A stretch of 64,000 nucleotides of DNA from the human T2T-CHM13v2.0 reference genome, Homo sapiens. This document shows positions 12,081 to 26,772 of the stretch, piece by piece. Numbering within the stretch: the first letter of the stretch is position 1; every line of letters starts with the position of its first letter. The notes under the pieces are model-generated. The model did not search any database, was not told where the DNA came from, and worked only from the letters and a program-made list of their open reading frames with translations. Both the position numbers and the translations under genes were made by a program. The stretch lies in the NCBI RefSeq assembly GCF_009914755.1, contig NC_060936.1; one strand, 5' to 3'.

Positions 12081-12884
12081 TTGTCTCTACATATAATAAT
12101 CTCCACATTTTTTCTGTCTCTACATGTACTAGTGGGTTGTATGCACCTGTTAGGCACTGCACAGTTCCTCAAACTTTGAAATCACATTGGACCCTGCCAC
12201 CTTCATCTCTTCTTCTTGGCTTTCACTGTGTACTCACTCATTACCACAGCAACAACAAAAACTCAGCTTTGCAAAGATAAATCATCATTGAAAGGAAAGT
12301 AGCATAATCTGATGTGAAACTGTGAGAATCACCTGAAGCTAGTAGTTTGTGCAGTATCTAACAGATGTTGAATAATATTGCGTTTCCCTCAAAACTCTGA
12401 ATTATCTGGTAGCAACCCTGTGAGTTCCTTGGAAGACAGTTTGGAAACTGTAGGTTTAAGGTATTTGCTCAAATATCATTCCTCAGAAAGACTACTGCTC
12501 CCAGCCATTTTCTCTACTAGTTCACTCTACTTTACACCAACTGAGCACATAGCACCACCTTGTATTACATTATAAATTTGCTTATATCTGCTTCTCTACT
12601 ACGATGTAAGTTCTATAAAAGCAAACACGTTGTCTTCCCCACCATCACTGTACCTTCACTCCGTGACGCAGTGCCTGGCACAGAACAGGCACTCAGAATG
12701 CTTGCTGAATGAGTGAATAAGTGATATAAATGGAGACCTGGGGTCTCCACATCACAATACATAAAATTCTGTACAGGTAATAGGTCTCTTCCATGTGCCT
12801 TTCAGGTACATATTTCCTGACTCTCTTCAGCTTCAGCGATGTCCAACCCTTTGAATGAGAGGAACTTTTTGCTAATCTGTGGTG

Positions 12885-13016
12885 ATGGAATACACAAAAA
12901 TTACGCACTGACCTTTTTTTTAAGCTCAATCAGCCATCATTAGTGTATTTTATGTGAGGCCCAAGACAATTCTTCTTTCAATGGGCCCAGGGAAGCCAAA
13001 AGGTCAGACAACTGTG
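12885..13016 (+). mobile_element. MER30 (hAT-Charlie) fragment
   Basis: 'tgtattttatgtgaggcccaagacaattcttctttcaatgggcccagggaagccaaaag'. Confidence 0.8.
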
Positions 13017-13999
13017 ATCTACATCTTTAAAAAGTATATGATCTCTCAGTGCAAAATCTCTTATAGTTCTCTTTTAAACTTTTATTTTAGGTTCAAGGTA
13101 CATTCAAAGTTTCTTCAGCAATATAAAATGTATTTCTCTGAACTCTACAGGTCAGTGGTTGATCTCATAGTAATAAAATAAAAATGTAAGAATATTGACT
13201 TAGGTTGTCCTGTCTATACACCACCATTCTGTGACATTAGAGGGGCAAAATTTAAGACTCGATGAAAGAAGAGTTGGAAGTTCATGTTAAAGGGGAAATA
13301 AGAGAGACATGCATGCTTCTATGAAAGATGAGAGGCCCTGGCTGATTTTCCCTGATAGCCTCCTTTCTCTGTCCCTAAATATGGAGACCTCGGGACATTT
13401 CCGTGTCCTAAATATGGGCCCGGCCATCAAAGAGCTTGAGTCTGACATTCAGATGCCTGTGTTCTCTGGAGCTAAAGTGAGTTTTCATAAAGTGTAAAAA
13501 GCTAATTAATAACTTACATTGTGTTAATTTTAGCAGATAATTTCATTTCAGGTGAAATAATTGCCCATTTTTTTGGCTAGTCTTCGTTTAACTGGAACCA
13601 ATATCACAGGAAGGAGAGGGGAGGCCTCAGGTCAGGAAATGACAGACTTGTGCACTCATCTTTTGACTCTCTTCCTCCATGTTCCCTTGAAATGGCAAAG
13701 GGAAAAAAAACGTGTAAAAGAATTAACTGTTTAGTGACAAAATGAAACCAAAATGGGATTTTGCCCTCAGAAGTGAACTCTCGAAGCCCAAGAACTGGGC
13801 TCGAACAAATAGAGTATGTCATCTGCCTGAAGAGGAAGTCAGGGTGCTTGGCGAGGGATCTGGGTCCTGAGAAAGATGCCAAGTCTTTGGTAACTCTGGA
13901 CCTCCAGGAGATATAATAATGAAACCTAATGAAACAAAATGGGAGAAGAAAGGCAGCTTGGGGGTGAAGCCAACTAAAGCACTCCATTCCCAGAGTCAA

Positions 14000-15650
14000 G
14001 TTCCCCTATTCAAGGGCCCCACAAGGAAAACTACTGTACTGATGTGTGCCCCCAACCACACAGACTCCACATCCAGGCCTCTTCAAAAGCAAGGCCTTCT
14101 GGGTGAGCAGCCACCCACATCTACCTGTACTAATCATACAGTTCTGCACTCGTGAAAATAAACAAACAAAAGAGCATCTAACACCCAGGGAAATCCAAAA
14201 GAATAGGAGGACAAAGACCAGGATGTACCACAAAAACAAAAAACACTGACTCCTAGTGGAGTCATTTCTCCTATGGAGAAAACAGACTTTTAAAATATTT
14301 AATTGATATCCTAAAAAATATTCAAGAAGACATTTTATCCTTAATATAAGGATAAGCTGCCACAAAAAAGGAATAATCCAAGAGCTTAAAAAATTAGAAA
14401 TTTGATGGTCAACTTAAAATAATGAATGTGCTAAATGATAATATGAAGATAGTCACAGAGTTAGAGATACATGAAATAAAGTTTAAGAAATCCTCAGAAT
14501 GGAGAAAAAAGACAAAATAGTAGAAAACGTAACAGAAAAAAGTAAAGGGTGATACACTTTAAATGTTTACTATTCATTTGATAAGCTCCATAAACACAAA
14601 ACAGATAATGGTATAGGGAAAACTATGAACACAAAAAAGAAATAATAAAAGGAGATTTGCCTTAGTTGAAAAGGCCAAGGTCTTAAGATTCACACAACTG
14701 GCCGTCTCCTATTAAATTTCAAGGCAGAATAAACTATAGATCTAAGAAACTTCCAAAAAGAAAAAGAAAACAGGCTAACTGCAAAAGAAGAAGCCACAGT
14801 CAAAACTAAAAAATAAGGAGCAAAGTCCAGAGATGAAAGTTCTCTTGAATCTTTCATACAACATTATGAACAAAGTGTGAGGATTGTTTTAAAATGTTTT
14901 TTGATGTGGAATATCCCAAAGCTTACAATTCATGTTCGATATTTGAAAAAAAAGAAATGTATACCAGCAAAAGTTTAAAAAATAAATAGCATCTCACAAA
15001 GAAATGACATAGTATATGAGGAACCAGAGAAATTCTGACACAAAAATAGTGAAGAAAGTGAAACGGAAAACAAAACAAATTTCTTTGTCAAACTTTGAAA
15101 ATTTCACTTCCAACAGCAAAAATCTAACTTGCTTAATTATTTTACCATCCACCTGCATCAAATTGTTCTACTTAGTTCTGTAGTAAATAACAGTTACATA
15201 ATTATAATATTAAATATGTTAATTATTTTGTTTATTTGAGAACTATAGAATTAGACAGAATATAAAAGATTTATTTATAAGTACAGAACTGCAGAACAGA
15301 ATGTAAATGTTATAAATAATGTACAATAATAAAAATCAGGAAATAGATGGGAAACACTAGATGAAAGGTAATGTAAGTGCACTAAATTCCCCATTTTCAT
15401 AGGAAAGTCAAAATATAATGTTGATAATTGATAAATCAAGAAATAGAGGCATAAAAAATATTATTTCAACTTAAGAGGAAACCTCCAGAAACTCTAAAAA
15501 CAAATAGTGCCCAACATAGTTGCCTCCGGGAAGTGAGTCTAGGGACAGGGAGTGGAGAGACAAGGAGATTACTTTTCTATTTGATACTCTCCTGTACTGC
15601 TAAAACTATTTACCATTCGGATTCATTAGTTCTAGTATTTCCTAAAAAAA
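14000..15650 (+). mobile_element. Ancient L1M (L1ME-like) remnant
   Basis: Very A-rich ORF1-like stretch. The 15350-15600 segment resembles the L1ME-like 3' end at 52500-53100. Confidence 0.55.
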
Positions 15651-15983
15651 AAATGTGGAAAAGGAAACATTATACATGAAAAGCATATTCTAGATCCTGA
15701 GGGCATATATTTTCACCATTTAAACTGAAAAATGAAATAGATATCACTGTCTTTTTAAATTTTTGTTTTTACAAATTCTGAGTTTTCAGGATAAAGTTTT
15801 GGAATCTTTCCAGCAGGGATCCAAGTAGCTCTGGGTCTGCTACACCTGGTTATTTAGTAGCTCTGCTGTTCTTTGCTGCTTTGGATTTAGGCATGGAAGG
15901 CATTGGTTAACATATGAAGTGATCTGGAAGAGCAGGTTAAAATTGATATGTAACCCTTTGTCAAAGGGTTAAAAACACATACA

Positions 15984-16283
<300 letters not shown>

Positions 16284-19256
16284 TTACATACATTGATCAA
16301 TCAGATCAGCTAATGAGTCACAAGGACAAAATGAATTCGAGTTTTCATTTGGAGACAAGTAAAACAGTAAAAGGGGAAAGCCAGTCCAGAGAGAATGCCC
16401 TAGCAGGGACCCACAGGATGCCATAGAGTCATTTGGCATCTAAAGAGGAAAAAAGGAATGAAAGAAGTTACCTATTTTCACAACAGTGTTTTGGGTGGGC
16501 CCTGACTATTGATGAAGCTAACATCTTATCCAAGGTTTGAAAGTCAAGGTTTAGATCACTCCACTAAAGATGTCATAGACTGTACTACCCAGTCCTCTAC
16601 TACGAAGTTTTATCCAGACATCCTCAGGAACCAGGGCAAAAGTAACCAGTCTAGCCAGGCACAGCAGGATCCATAAAGACCAGAGGCCGGTATGTTTGAT
16701 AAACATCAAAGCTGACCCAAAAACACATTTAACAATGAATCTTTTGTAAGAATAAAGACTATCAAGTACACCACATGAGGTATTGAAATACTATTCACCC
16801 AATATTAGGTAATTGCTCAAAATGTCTTGAGGAATAATAATATTTACTGACCTTCTAGTATGTTGATTTTAGGTGTAATTGTGTAAGGTCATTTGCATAG
16901 AGTTCTTTTTAGTTTGTAGCTTCCAGTGTTTTTTTTTTTCTTCTTTTAAAATTCATTTCAGCTATGTATCTGGCAGTGACTGGGTGTACACAAACAGCTA
17001 GGTCAATCTGAGGGTAACACTCAGCACAACAAGAAAACAGGTGACAAACACAAAACATGAGGTCACTTGAATGAGTGTTTTTTTTTAATTTTATCATCCA
17101 TATTTAACCCAATGCATCAGAAAAAGAAGTGCTGGAAAAACTCGATTCTGAAATTTCTAAAGCAAAAACTGCACCTTGACTTAATGGGCAAGGGAAGAAA
17201 TCTAAAGGCATCTTGCTATCAAATGCAAACAAAAAGGAGACATTCCCTGAGCCATCAATAAAGTGACAACCCAGGTAGGACTGGTCAGGGCTGACTGCTA
17301 CAAACCCCTCAGCCTCCATCCAACTCCTCAGGCCTCATGTCAACCTGTAATAACCATTTCACAGTTGCCTCTAGGGTTCATTGGAACCCTGCTTTCTTTT
17401 TTCAGTTACTTACTCTGGGAACTCACCTCCCACCCAGATCACCTGCAGGAATTCTTGAAAAACAAATAGAATAGAATATCTGATTGGCAGACACAATCAA
17501 TATGACAAAATTTAAGGAGAGAGCAACTTTTGTTCCTCTGTTGTTCCTATTTCCTTTGGTTTCATGTTGAAGGTAAATGGGACATTTTTTTTTCTGTACT
17601 GCAAGGATAGCATAGTTTTGAAATTTGCTGCTGCTAGATTGAATACTTGCTCAGTTTCTCTGACTCTTTCCTCTGACAATAGTTCCACGTACAGGATCTG
17701 AATTTCTATATCATATTTATTTGATAGTTCACCACAATGCCAGTATCTCGTGAGAACACAAGAGCCCTACTAATTACAGATTTAAAGCATTCATTAAACT
17801 ATTCTGAAACATGATGAGTACCACTCTATAACATAAAATAAGGTACAGTGTACACATGTATGCCTGCTTATTTAGTGGTAATATAGATTTCGGTGTGCAC
17901 TTGTCACTCAATTTAGGTTCTCATTATTGTCCTACTTGCCCTAATTCAGTGATGTATCATCTTCTTGCATTTGTCTAAATCAGTTCAGCAGCAGATAAAT
18001 CAAAGCTTTTCTTGCCCTTGCCCTTCCAAGCTGTTTAAATCATCCATCTGACCATGGAAGAAAGGACATAATCACTTGCTTAGAAGGAGAAAATATCTAC
18101 ATTAACTCTACAGCAAACCATTCCTGCATTAATGTGTGCAAATATGCACGTAGTGTGTGTGACTGTGTGTGCACTTACACATACACACTAAAGCCACAGA
18201 TCTTGGAACAGAGTCTGAAAGAAAACCATGAAAGCTACAGAATGCTGCTCTTTTTTTTTTCTTTTTGAAAAGAGAAAAGCAGGTTTCAATTCTCTTCTTT
18301 TAAGAAGAGAGTATATGTCCCAACATTTCAAAGGCCATATAAGATCCTATTTTTATATCCTCCTGAGCTGTGGGAGCTAAAACTTAATTGGTTCTCTAAC
18401 TGGTAAATCCTTTGACAGACAATATAGCCTAGAATTCAGAGTCCTAATACGTTTTTTTCTTTGTGGTTCAACAGAGAAAGAACCATAAACCAGGAAAGAT
18501 GTCCTGGGTAGATCTAAAGAATGTGGCACTCCCTCTTGCCTCTTTTAATTCTTTTCCTCAATCCACCTCCACTTTTTGATATTTTATTTTACTTTCTTTT
18601 TGCCTTTGGACATTTATCTCTTCTTCTAGGAAGTATGTTATTGGAAATTATTTTTAATGTAAGCAGCAAGAGTTATGACTGTGACAGGGAGGTTAAGGAG
18701 TGGCTGGAGTTTCCACCACAGCCTCCAACTGCCCTGCAGGAATATGCAGCTGAGAAATGGAGGCATCAGCTCCACTTCCAACATTTCTCTCTGGACAGGG
18801 ACTATATCAGCTCTTCACTCTATGGCAGCATTAACTCTGTTGCTCTTAGAGCATTTGCTGGCATGTCAAAAACAAAACCAGGGTATTTGTCTCCTTTCAC
18901 ATTCTGCAGAGTATCATGCAAAACTCCATTTTTTCCAGAAATAATGAAGTAAATAGACAGGAGTCTTCTTGTGTTGTATAAGTAATCAAAACTTGCTTCT
19001 CTGAACTAGTTTTACTGTACATTTGTGCCTAGGGTAGAATCTAAGTTGAGCACTGTAAACTTTCTAGTAGGATTCTGAATTTCTCTGGAGGCAAGAGGTA
19101 GCCGAATGTGGTTATACCTTCAATTATTTCCATTTATAATTTTATTTAAAATAGCACTCCTCTCCCCACCCTGCTTATTTTTTTCATTTTTAACATAATT
19201 TTTTGAGCTATGAGCCTAATTTTTTGAAAGTTGGTTGATAAAAGTAATGTCATATA

Positions 19257-19626
<370 letters not shown>

Positions 19627-22600
19627 CTCTAATACTTTGTTTAGAGTTTCCATGTGATGTGTCTAGGAGTATAGTGCTGGGTGCACACACACATATACAC
19701 AACCACATCACACCAACACATGCACTCTCTCTCACTCTGGTTTTGATTCTTTGCGGTTTCATCAATGTCCCTAGGTTCACTGTCTCTGTAGTATTCTGTC
19801 TTATACTGATTTTGTCTCCACTTTCTTGTCCTAAGAAATAATGTCCTGATGTTTCATTGTGCATCACTCAGAGGAGAGAGAATCTGATAACCCTAGAGGT
19901 TCATTTCCTCCTCTGGTTTGGTAGTTTAGGAGAGAGCTGGCTTAACAGAGAACAATCTGATAGAAAACACTGGATTCCAGAAGGTTCCTCTTTCAAATAA
20001 AGCCATTTCTCTGATCAAGGAGCATCTGGGATTACATAATGGCATAGATGTAAACTGCTCCAGCAGTCCCTATGTATGTGCAGTATCACAGGTCCAGGAT
20101 TCCTCTCCATGACACGTCAGCCATGATACAGGCAGTCCTCCCCTGTCCAGCACAAGCCATGGTATGCTGAAGTTTTGAGGAGTTGTGTGCACCCTGCTAC
20201 TTCTCTGCTTATAAATTCTTCCTCAATAAAACCTATTTTGTATTTTCATCGCCAGTGGCCCTTGCAGTGCATTTCCTGATTCCCCCTTGCACAGCTACTC
20301 CAATCCCTAGCTGGTGCCTCTTTACCTGGCTTGTCCTCACGAGGTCTTCCTCATAGTCAAGAGAGATGGTTTATAAGCCACATTATACAAGTTTCTCAGG
20401 TTAGTGCCAAGGCAAACATAAGCATTAATGTTCACCTTACACAATCATCTTGTTTCCAATACAGTTTTCTGATAACACCACTTGCAAGTGTATCATCAAG
20501 GCAAGTCCCATTCTTATAAGAACTTGGGGGATTGTGAGCCCAGAATGGATGAAGTAGGCAGTGCAGTTTTTGCCCTACCATAGCCATGTGCAGATTAAAA
20601 ACATTTGGCTCTAGCTACTCAGATTTCTGCCCTAGTTCTCCTTTCCCAGTTGGCTTGCTCTCCTCTCCTAGGGCGAATGTATGTGTGTTGGGGGCAGGGT
20701 AGGATGATAGAATATACTAGTTGTGACTGTAATGTTATTTCAAATCATCAAAGCAGGTATTTAGAACAATCACCAGTTATTGCCTGCTGGATCTAAAATT
20801 GAATACTCACCAAGGAATATTGTAAATAACCAGGCAGAACAGAAGGTCACAACGTTATGGTTCATTCTCCTTTATGTAATAACCCCAATTAAAAACCATA
20901 ATTAGAGATGTCAAGCATAAAAATAAAAAAAAAACAAGTAATAGTCTATTTTTTAAAAAGTTTAAATAAAGGTATCAGCAACTCACCAAATATTTTATAT
21001 ACTAAAGGGAATTTAAGAAAACAAAATCCCTTATTCTTTATACATTTCAATGAAATCTTACAGCAGCACATGTTCTGCACAATTTAGTCAGAGATCTCAG
21101 AGGATTCAGAAATATAATCATGGGAAGAGTGCTGTTTCAGAATGGAGTCTTGACAAGCAGTGAAAAGAAAATAAATGGATTACAACAAGCATACCAAAAA
21201 GGAAAAATAATGTTAGATAAATTTCCCCAAGAAACTAGTGATAAAGGGATAGATTTTCAACTGTTTTCTTTTTAATCTGCTTGTTTTTTATTTCCAAATA
21301 ACATGTTCAGCTCAAAAATAAAAGATAAAATCAAATAGAATTATTTGCCAGTTTATTTCAGGAAAGCTTAGTATTTTAAAATAGCAATAACAAACGATAC
21401 TATATTTCAGGGCTTAGAGTTGGTTTATTAAGAGGTTCAAGTTATAGGCAACTAAAAGCAGGGGTGGGGACAAAGGGCATGGTACATTAATAATACTTTG
21501 TAAATAGCAAGCTTTCCTAATGGGAAAATAATTTAATTAACATAAAAGTACTGAACAATTAGTGGTCCTTATCTGGCTTAGGACCCACCAACTCAATTAT
21601 GGCCAGTAAGCCCATTAGTTGAGTTTAAATTTTAGAAACTTCAGAAACGGTTTAATTTTTCTCTTAAACCTTTGAGAAAAAGGACAGTCTGTTGTGTACA
21701 ATCAGAATATACAATCACTAGCAGGAGCCTAATTGACTATATTCTGCAGAGTGGAATGTGATTGAACTTCAGTGTTTACTGAGTGTGAACACAAAGCAGC
21801 AGGTTAGGGAGGGCAGAGCCCCAGTCTGCATTTTCATTTCTGTATGGTACGGCTGAAATGTAGCATTGATGCCTACCAAACAGGGATGAATTCTCCAGCA
21901 AGGGGTGGAAAAATGTGGGGGGAGTCACAGTGGATGCTTTTTTTTTTTTTTTAAACTTTGAGAGGTGAAGATTTGGAAGACAGGTATGACTACCTCAAAA
22001 AATTCTCCACTAACACAAGCCACTATGATTTCCCTGCAGCTTGTTTGAGAGCCATACTGAAGGCCCTCACAACCTCTGTTGTAACCCTGGTGTAGAAATC
22101 ACTGGTTGGATGGCAGGAGCCAATGGAGAGAGTGTTGGGGTTTGTGTGCACAAGGGTAGATAAAGTGTATCTAAAACCTTCTATTGAAGAAAAATGGCGT
22201 TAGTGTCACCACTCTATAATATCAGGGAACCTTGTCAGCTGTGCTGAAGATTTTGGTTGTCCCAAAAGCATCGGTAGCCACTGAAAGGTTTATGTGATGT
22301 GACTCCATCTCGTTGATGATTTATTGGGTGTGAAAATAAGTACTTTAACACATTTAAGTCTGCCTGCAGATGTGCCATTGGAATTCTGCCATGCTTCATG
22401 GAGGGCCGAGAAGCCCAGGCTGCCATCCCTTTAGGCAACATAACATGTGCTGCTTGTGGAAGATAACACGCCCACAATAGATGTTAGCAAATACATCCGT
22501 GCTCCAGAAATGGAACCTGAGGAACAAAGCCTATCTGGGTGTCATTGCCATGCATGATTAAGAAAATCAGACACAGCCATGATAATGGCCACCAAAGCAC

Positions 22601-23172
22601 TTCAGAAGCCTATCCACATCAAGAACACATGACAGGCAAGATTGCAGAGCAGGTGGGACTCCCACAGGGACAATGCTGGCCTCACTTTGAGCACTCCACC
22701 ACCCTGACACCTTTATGGTGACACAACACAACATGTACAGGATCTTCCCAGCCCCTCTTCAAATCCACTCCACCATTGGCCCATGGTCTGGAAATGGGGC
22801 CATTTTTCATAAAAATTGAAAACTGCTTTGCTGAAAAATGGAAGAATCAGAAGAGTAAAATTCTTAAATCATAGGGTTTCATCTTTCAAATTCAAGCTAA
22901 TTAACAGCAATCCTGTAACAAAGTTGCTTTTCTACTTGTCATGATTTTCTAACACAGTTCATAAGGATTGTTTGGATTACAGACAATAGGTACTGTTTTT
23001 ATATTAGCTTGGCTAATATATATTTTCCTGATCATATTTTCCCTTATATTGATTATGTAAAATTCGTGTCTTTCACGGTTTTAAAAATTAACAGCAATGA
23101 CAATTGTCTTTTCCAAAAATCTCTTAAATATGCGACACTGTATCTTAAAAATATTATCAAAGACCAAGGTAG

Positions 23173-23890
<718 letters not shown>

Positions 23891-24532
23891 TTTTTTAAAT
23901 ACTAGGACTCTTCAAAATTCATGCTGAAATGGCCAGAAAAAAATGCTTAGAGAGAAAAATTTTCACCCTTGCTGCAAATCAGGAGTAGCTTCACATATAA
24001 ACTAGAAATTTGGATGAATTTCAATTAGACGCAGTTCCTGTGGTGTAAACTGGCAAAAGAGAATGACCCCCATTAGTAGAAGTAGGTGCTGTTGTATACC
24101 ACCAATGCCAATACTTGCAACAGCAAGTGTTGGAGCTAGGGTGAGCTCAAAGGGAATGAAAAAGGTAATGGAGAAGCCTAGCCCTTTGGCTTCCTCTGGC
24201 CTCTATGGTAATATGAGCCCGCCAATCAGAGAAACAGGCATGACAGGACCTTTCTTTGGAAATACTACCTGTGTGAATGGCCTTGTGAAAGCCTCCCGGC
24301 TACGGCTGTTATTTAGCAGTCTCCCAAATCCCCCAAACTGCTAGACCAACAGATGGGCAGCTCATGCTTTTTTCCTTTCTCTAGATTCTGGATCTGGAAG
24401 TCTTTCTATAAAAAAAAATTGGTAGAGAAACACACCTATGTTTAGAACCCATCCTAATCCTACTTTTTAAAAAGTCAGTAAAAGTACAGCCACTTTGGAA
24501 AACAGTTTGGTAGGTTTTTATAAAGTTAAACA

Positions 24533-24833
24533 GGCTGGGCATGGTGGCTCATGCCTGTAATCCCGGCACTTTGGGAGGCCGAGACGGGCAGATCACGAGG
24601 TCAGGAGATCGAGACCATCCTGGCTAACACGGTGAAACTCTGTCTCTACTAAAAATAAAAAAAAAAAAATTAGCCAGACATGGCAGCGGCCATCTGTAAT
24701 CCCAGCAACTCAGGAGGCTGAGGCAGGAGAATGGCGTCAACCCGGGAGGCAGAGCTTGCAGTGAGCCGAGATCGCGCCACTGCAGTTCGGTCCAGCCTGG
24801 GTGAAAGAGCAAGACTCTCTGAAAAAAAAAAAA
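24533..24833 (+). mobile_element. AluY
   Basis: 'gatcacgaggtcaggagatcgagaccatcctggctaacacgg', 'gaatggcgt'. TSD aaagttaaaca. Confidence 0.95.
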
Positions 24834-24879
24834 GTTAAACATACACTTTTCACATGACCCAGCCATCCCACTAGACCCA

Positions 24880-25703
24880 TGTATTCATCTCCATGACTAC
24901 TGTTACAAATTACTACAAATTCAGTAGCTTAAAACAACCCAAATGTATTATCATACAGTTCTGTAAATCACATGTTCAAGCACAGCTCTCACTGGGCTAA
25001 AATCAAGGTGTTAGTGTGCTGAATTTCTTTCTGGGATTTCTAGGGGAAAATTCATTTTCTTCACTTTTTTAGCTTCCAGAGAATGCCTGTATTCCTTGTC
25101 CCTTCTATCTTCATTTCAAAGCTAGCAATGGTGGGTCAAGTCCTTCTCAAGGAGCCATCTCTCTGTCTCTCTACAGTAGCCCGGGAAGGCCCTCTACTTA
25201 AAAAAAAAAATTAAATTTTAAGTTCAGTGATACATGTACAGAATGTGCAGGTTTGTAACATAGGTTAACCTGTGCCGGGGGGGTTGTTGTACAGATTATT
25301 TTTCATCACTGAGATATTAAGCCTAATGTCCATTCATTATTTTTCCTGATCCTCTCCCTCCTTCCACCCACCACCCTCCGATAGGCCCCAGTGTGTGTTG
25401 TTCCCTTCTTTGTGCCCATGTGTTCTCACCATTGAGCTCCCACTTGGAAGTGAAAACATGCACTATTTGGTTTTCTGTTTCTGTGTTAGTTTGCTAAGGA
25501 TAATAGGCCCTCCACTTTAAATAATTTATGTGATTAGATTGACCCAGCTGGAATACAGGACAGATTCCTCACTTTAAGGTCAGTTTATTAGCAACCTTGA
25601 TTACATCAGTATTAATTCCATTTTGCCATACTGTGTAACATATCCACAGTTTCCCAGATTAAGGAATGGGTATCTTTGGGGGGTCCAATGTTCTGCTACC
25701 ACA
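24880..25703 (-). mobile_element. MaLR LTR (MLT1D-like), split by an L1PA fragment
   Basis: 'acaaattactacaaattcagtagcttaaaacaac...ctcactgggctaaaatcaaggtgt' ... 'ttctgctaccaca'. Confidence 0.8.
25203..25505 (-). mobile_element. 5'-truncated L1PA (PA13-like) 3' end
   Basis: 'ggttgttgtacagattatttt...tttttcctgatcctctccctcc'. Degenerate TSD ggccctctacttaaa / ggcccctccactttaaa. Confidence 0.85.
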
Positions 25704-26159
25704 ACCTAAGAGAAATGAAAATAAATGTCCACACAAATAGTCATATTCAAATGTTCATGGCAGCTTTATTCATAGTAGCCAATAACTGGAACCAATCTAA
25801 ATGTCTACCAACTGGTGAATGAATAAACAAATTGTGGTATACTCATACAATAGAATACTACTCAGCAATGAAAAGGAATAAACTACTCATACACACAACC
25901 ACATGAATAAATCTCAAATGAATTACGCTGAGTGAAGGAAAACAGACACAAACAGCTATAAACTATTATTACATTCATATGAATTTCTAGGAAAAGCAAA
26001 ACCATAGTGACAAGAAGCAGATCATAAGTTGTTAGGGGAGAGAGAGGGAACTTACTGCAGAAGGATGAAGAGAACTTTATGGAATGATGAGGATGTTCTA
26101 TATCACAAGTGTGGTGGTGATTAACACAATTGCTTACATTTGTAAAAACTCATCAAGCC

Positions 26160-26237
26160 GGCTGGGCGTGGTGGCTCATGCCTGTAATCCTATCACTTTG
26201 GGAGGCCGAGGTGGGTGGATCACAAGGTCAGGAAATC
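26160..26237 (+). mobile_element. Alu 5' fragment (first ~78 nt only)
   Basis: ggctgggcgtggtggctcatgcctgtaatcc...ggatcacaaggtcaggaaatc, then an abrupt end. Confidence 0.9.
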
Positions 26238-26374
26238 AAATCTTCTTCCAACACATGGCTGGACTGGAGTCTCCATGAATCTGCTGTGATTCTGGAGGCT
26301 TTCCGATCCACCAATTGTTCATTGCTCAATTAAACTCTTTTAAATTTAATTCGGCTGAAGTTTTCCTTTTATCA
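26238..26374 (+). mobile_element. ERV1 LTR 3' end (MER51-like)
   Basis: 'aaatcttcttccaacacatggct...gaatctgctgtgattctgg...ttcattgctcaattaaactctttt...tcggctgaagttttccttttatca'. Confidence 0.8.
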
Positions 26375-26556
26375 CCACAGATAATACCCCGTGAATGTCT
26401 TGAGCAGAAAAACATACATATGTATGCAAGACCTTTTTGGGCAGTATTGAGAACTGTATACTTGGCCTACAAGATGGCATGACAAATTTTATGTATCCAT
26501 TTGAAATAATTAGTTTGGAGACTGGAAAGAAAAGTAGAAAGGGACATAGAGTTTCA

Positions 26557-26772
26557 TCATGGTTTTCAACAAGGAATGATTTTGCCCTTCAGGGGACATC
26601 TGGCAATATCTGAAGACATATTTGATTGTCACAACTGTATTAGATGGGGTACAACAAGTTTGTACAGGGTAGATCCAGTGATGCTGCTAAGCCTCCTACC
26701 GTACACACGACAGCTCCCTGCAAGGTATTATCCAGCCCAAAGTGTCTACAGTGCTGAGTTTCAGAAATTCCA
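26557..26772 (+). mobile_element. MER20 (hAT-Charlie)
   Basis: 'gattttgcccttcaggggacatctggcaatatctgaagacatatttgattgtcacaactg...ttatccagcccaaagtgtctacagtgctgag'. Confidence 0.85.

Larger units (their letters stand above)
24470..26157 (+). mobile_element. Old L1M (MC/MD/ME-type) 3' end hosting nested Alu, MLT1D and L1PA fragments
   Basis: 'gtacagccactttggaaaacagtttgg' ... 'aagagaaatgaaaataaatgtccacac' ... 'caatagaatactactcagcaatgaaaaggaa'. Collinear once the inserts are removed. Confidence 0.85.

Noticed and set aside
18521-18952. 143-aa ORF, the longest outside repeats
   Set aside because: The Leu/Phe-rich N-terminus simply reflects T-rich DNA. No recognisable domain and no supporting exon structure.
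24063-24344. 93-aa ORF in unique sequence
   Set aside because: No recognisable homology, no convincing flanking splice sites, and a length within chance expectation.
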